From Mobula hypostoma (taxonomy: Eukaryota), in NCBI RefSeq assembly GCF_963921235.1, contig NC_086106.1, positions 34,596,001-34,660,000 on the forward strand: a stretch of 64,000 nucleotides of DNA, given 5' to 3'. Shown here in pieces: positions 61,378-64,000 of the stretch. The notes beneath the pieces were generated by a model, which saw nothing but the letters and a program-made list of their open reading frames with translations, did no database searches and was not told where the DNA came from. The position numbers and the translations under genes are program-made. The first letter of the stretch is position 1, and every line of letters begins with the position of its first letter.

Positions 61378-61695
61378 TTTTCCGGGTGCTGAAGTTTGCT
61401 TTCACAGTAGATTGTGAAGGTGGGTGCGTGACGACACAGGAGTATGTTGCGTCCTTCTTCCAATCGGCTGAAGTCAAGTAAAGGAGGCTTCTGGTGTTGA
61501 AGGTCATGTCCTGTTGAAGTGCAGTGGGGAAGCTGGTAGCGTTCGAGTAGAATGCGGCTCCGTCCTTCTGCCACAAAACGGTTATGTCATCGGGGTAGAA
61601 TCCCGTTATCATGCATGTGAGCGTAGCGATGCTCGCAGTTTAAATCTCCTCTGCAGAGGGGGGAAAGAGACGTACCCTTGGTTCCAGTGCTTTGG
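61378..61695 (-). pseudogene. IgNAR: IgNAR constant domain C3 exon with premature stop
   Basis: 318-nt phase 1-1 exon (cccttgcag|, |gtaagc): xKALEPRVRLFPPSAEEI*TASIATLTCMITGFYPDDITVLWQKDG...FPTALQQDMTFNTRSLLYLTSADWKKDATYSCVVTHPPSQSTVK. C1-set Cys/Trp/Cys intact; matches shark IgNAR C3 as I recall it (LLPPSPEEIQ...FPTALEQDLTFSTRSLL...HPPSQSTVK). TAA at 61640-61642. Confidence 0.92.
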
Positions 61696-62259
61696 CTGCA
61701 AGGGAAGGTCAACCCGTGTTAATCTCCAAAAACAGTCTTTCCGAAATGTGGTTGAAACGAAACGGTGCAAATCCACAGCAGGAATTGTAGTATCTGCGAT
61801 GAAGGAAACGGTGTCTCTTTTTGCATTTGACAGGTTTCCTAACTATGCGCTGGTCAATTTGTTCAAGAATCCGTGGTGAGCCGTCTTGTTGTTAGTGAGC
61901 CGCTAAGGGTAATGGTGATGATAACTTTCTGTTTCGAAGCGTATCACGAGGGGCGTACCACGGTCCTAAGAGATTTGTTGTTTCTGATATAACGATTTGT
62001 ATGTGCATATAGAAAATATCATTTCTGAGTAATGCATAAGAATAAACTTGGTGGTGGTTTGAATCGCGATGAAGAGCTTCAAAAGCTGCGGCAATAATGA
62101 TCAAATACAGTGTTAGATTGTGCGGCAGCAGATGGACAAATGCGTGTCGATGCAGCTTGGGAACTGAAGAAGGGGGTATGCCATGAATAGAAAATAGCTC
62201 ATTATTAAGGAACATTTATGAACAGAGAGACATTGCGGTTTAAATCCATAATTCCCCGG

Positions 62260-62700
62260 AAGTGGCAGCACGGGTAGTTGGTGTGTTGACAAAGCAACAC
62301 GGCATACTTGCTTTCACAGGTCAGGATTAGCAGATGAAATTTAGGACGCTCTGTTTCAACTTTATTAAAGACTGGTGCACTAGATTTTGCCCTCTAGTCA
62401 CCTCGTTGTAAGGTGAATGGCATTGCGCGGTAAAGAGTTCATAAGAGATTTAACTGTATGTTAACTGGATTGGAGAACGTCAGTTATGGGGAGCTTGTTT
62501 TTTTTCAGAAGTGAAAGAAACTGAGTCGTGACCCGATAACACCACGCAGAATTATCAGTGACACTGGTAGGCTAAGTAGACAAAAGCATTTGTATGTGTA
62601 GACTATGAAATCCAAAGACAGTATGTACTAAAGTTAAGTGGAAGGAGCTTTAGAGGGTACCTTATGTCACTTCATTTGGCAGACATTTAGTCGATCACTG
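62260..62700 (+). mobile_element. Decayed CR1 fragment in the C2-C3 intron
   Basis: ggcatacttgctttcacaggtcagg...actttattaaagactggtgcactag similarity to the CR1 3' region. Confidence 0.55.
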
Positions 62701-63389
62701 AAATAGGAAAGATTTTTTTTTTCTGTTGCTGAAAATTGGATTGAGGTAGATGTGAAACATCTTTGAACATTGGGGTCAGAGAGCCAACTGTATTTCTGTG
62801 CAGTATTTTATGACTACAACTTTTTAGAGGGGTAGTACAAGGATACAACTATTCGAATGCCTGCTGCAAGTATCCAGAAACATTGATTTCGGTCTGGACC
62901 TGCTCTACTGGAGTTTATACAGTTGTCGTGTGGCTGTGCGCGTTCTATTTTAGGTTCTCCGATTTCCATATCGAAGAACATGCCAGTGCTAGCCACGTCG
63001 ACTACCATAACTTACTCTTAATGTAGAGTACAATCTTCGAAGAGTTGTTGAAGCTACGAAACAATAAAACAGATCAAAGTGGAATTCGCTGAATAGGTGC
63101 TGAAGCGGGCTTGGTTTCTGTCGACCGAAGGGTCTGTTCCAATGCTGTCGGGTCCTATGACTTCAACATTTCAGTCGACGAATTCTTGGGTGGAACGCTA
63201 TCGGTGCACCACTTGTCAGAAAACCTATCTTCCCTTGAATAAGATAATGCATTATGACTCTAGCAGAGGGCAACCCGTTCACCATCATGCCTGTTTTCCT
63301 CTGAATACTGCTGCCTGGCATCCAGCAGTTTCTGTTCCTCTTTCTGCATCTACACTGCTTTGCATTTCGATTGCTGCTATTGCACCCAT

Positions 63390-63692
63390 CTTTTGCGTTT
63401 CGTGTCCTTTTTGATAGGGGAGCAGCTGACTGATTGTCCTGCACCGAGCAGGAGTATTCTACCCCGCTGTCCCACTCCGCCACGCTGCTGGTCAAACGGC
63501 CGACTGTCACGTACTGACTCCCGATCTTTGCTGCTTATTCTGTTTGAACGCCAACAGCCCTTTCCTTCCCACCCACTGTCGAAGAGATGGAAACCTCAGC
63601 TGGAGTTGTAGCGATCACTTCACACACCAGTGTGGCAGTTTTGTTTATCCAGATTTCTTCAACGGTGGGATCTCTGAGAAACAATGAGAATT
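63390..63692 (-). pseudogene. IgNAR: IgNAR constant domain C2 exon with premature stop, Trp loss and mutated donor
   Basis: 303-nt phase 1-1 exon: xFSLFLRDPTVEEIWINKTATLVCEVIATTPAEVSISSTVGGKERAVGVQTE*AAKIGSQYVTVGRLTSSVAEWDSGVEYSCSVQDNQSAAPLSKRTRNAK. Matches shark IgNAR C2 as recalled (LLRDPTVEEIWIDKSATLICEV...RLTSSVEEWQSGVEYTC). TAA 63535-63537; TCG at the Trp position 63580-63582; AAG|ATGGGT where GT is expected. Confidence 0.92.
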
Positions 63693-64000
63693 CTGAAAGA
63701 CGTACAGTAACTGAAAGCACTCATGACGAATCTGAAGTTTAGCAGGGATTTCAACTTTGTAATAACCTGCTACACGTTAAGAGCTTAAGGTGGAAATTGT
63801 TCATTTTAAATCATGCTTAAGTCGTCTTTTCATGAACCCTTGAGTTAGATCACGACTACACGCTATTCTTCTATACTGAAAAGAAAGGAAAATGGTTGAA
63901 AATTAATAACATATCGTCATTCATAGACAAGTGTGGCGAAGGATAGGGGGAGAGATACAGCCAGACATCCCCGGAAAGTACGACAGTGATAAAACACTGG

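Noticed and set aside
61892-62215. Minus ORF containing GIPPSS, like the start of IgNAR C1
   Set aside because: No Cys-Trp-Cys framework in any frame, no suitable splice sites, and it lies in the C2-C3 intron, the wrong place for C1.
1-64000. Most of the remaining 60-190 aa ORFs in the supplied track; CRISPR arrays, rRNA or prokaryotic systems
   Set aside because: The short ORFs are sense or antisense pieces of TEs or chance frames; no spacer-repeat arrays, rRNA or operon-like gene density are present.

Overview
Repeat-dense vertebrate genomic DNA from a cartilaginous fish; the repeat landscape looks like a ray, but that is by recognition only. The only host gene I can identify is the 3' part of an IgNAR (heavy-chain-only immunoglobulin) locus on the minus strand. 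It has a C2 exon (63390-63692) and a C3 exon (61378-61695), each with an in-frame TAA; C2 has also lost its conserved Trp and apparently its GT donor. About 4.8 kb downstream is a probable TM2 mini-exon (V-K-stop, 56590-56598). No C4, C5, secretory tail or canonical TM1 is recognisable in between. The TM2 exon and about 13-14 kb of 3' flank exist twice as an old, colinear tandem duplication (about 24.2-38.3 kb and 43.2-57.1 kb), so a second orphan TM2 (V-N-stop) sits at 35477-35485. The rest is mostly transposable elements. The standout is a full-length Penelope-like element (28947-32471) with an uninterrupted 1015-aa RT + GIY-YIG ORF, a 13-bp target-site duplication, a short terminal redundancy and a minimal hammerhead ribozyme. 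Also present: many CR1 and Rex1/Babar LINE copies, HERO-, RTE- and Vingi-like LINE fragments, solo LTRs, Tc1/Tigger-type DNA elements, SINEs, microsatellites and a 129-N assembly gap. Boundaries of decayed repeats are approximate and all homologies were judged by eye.
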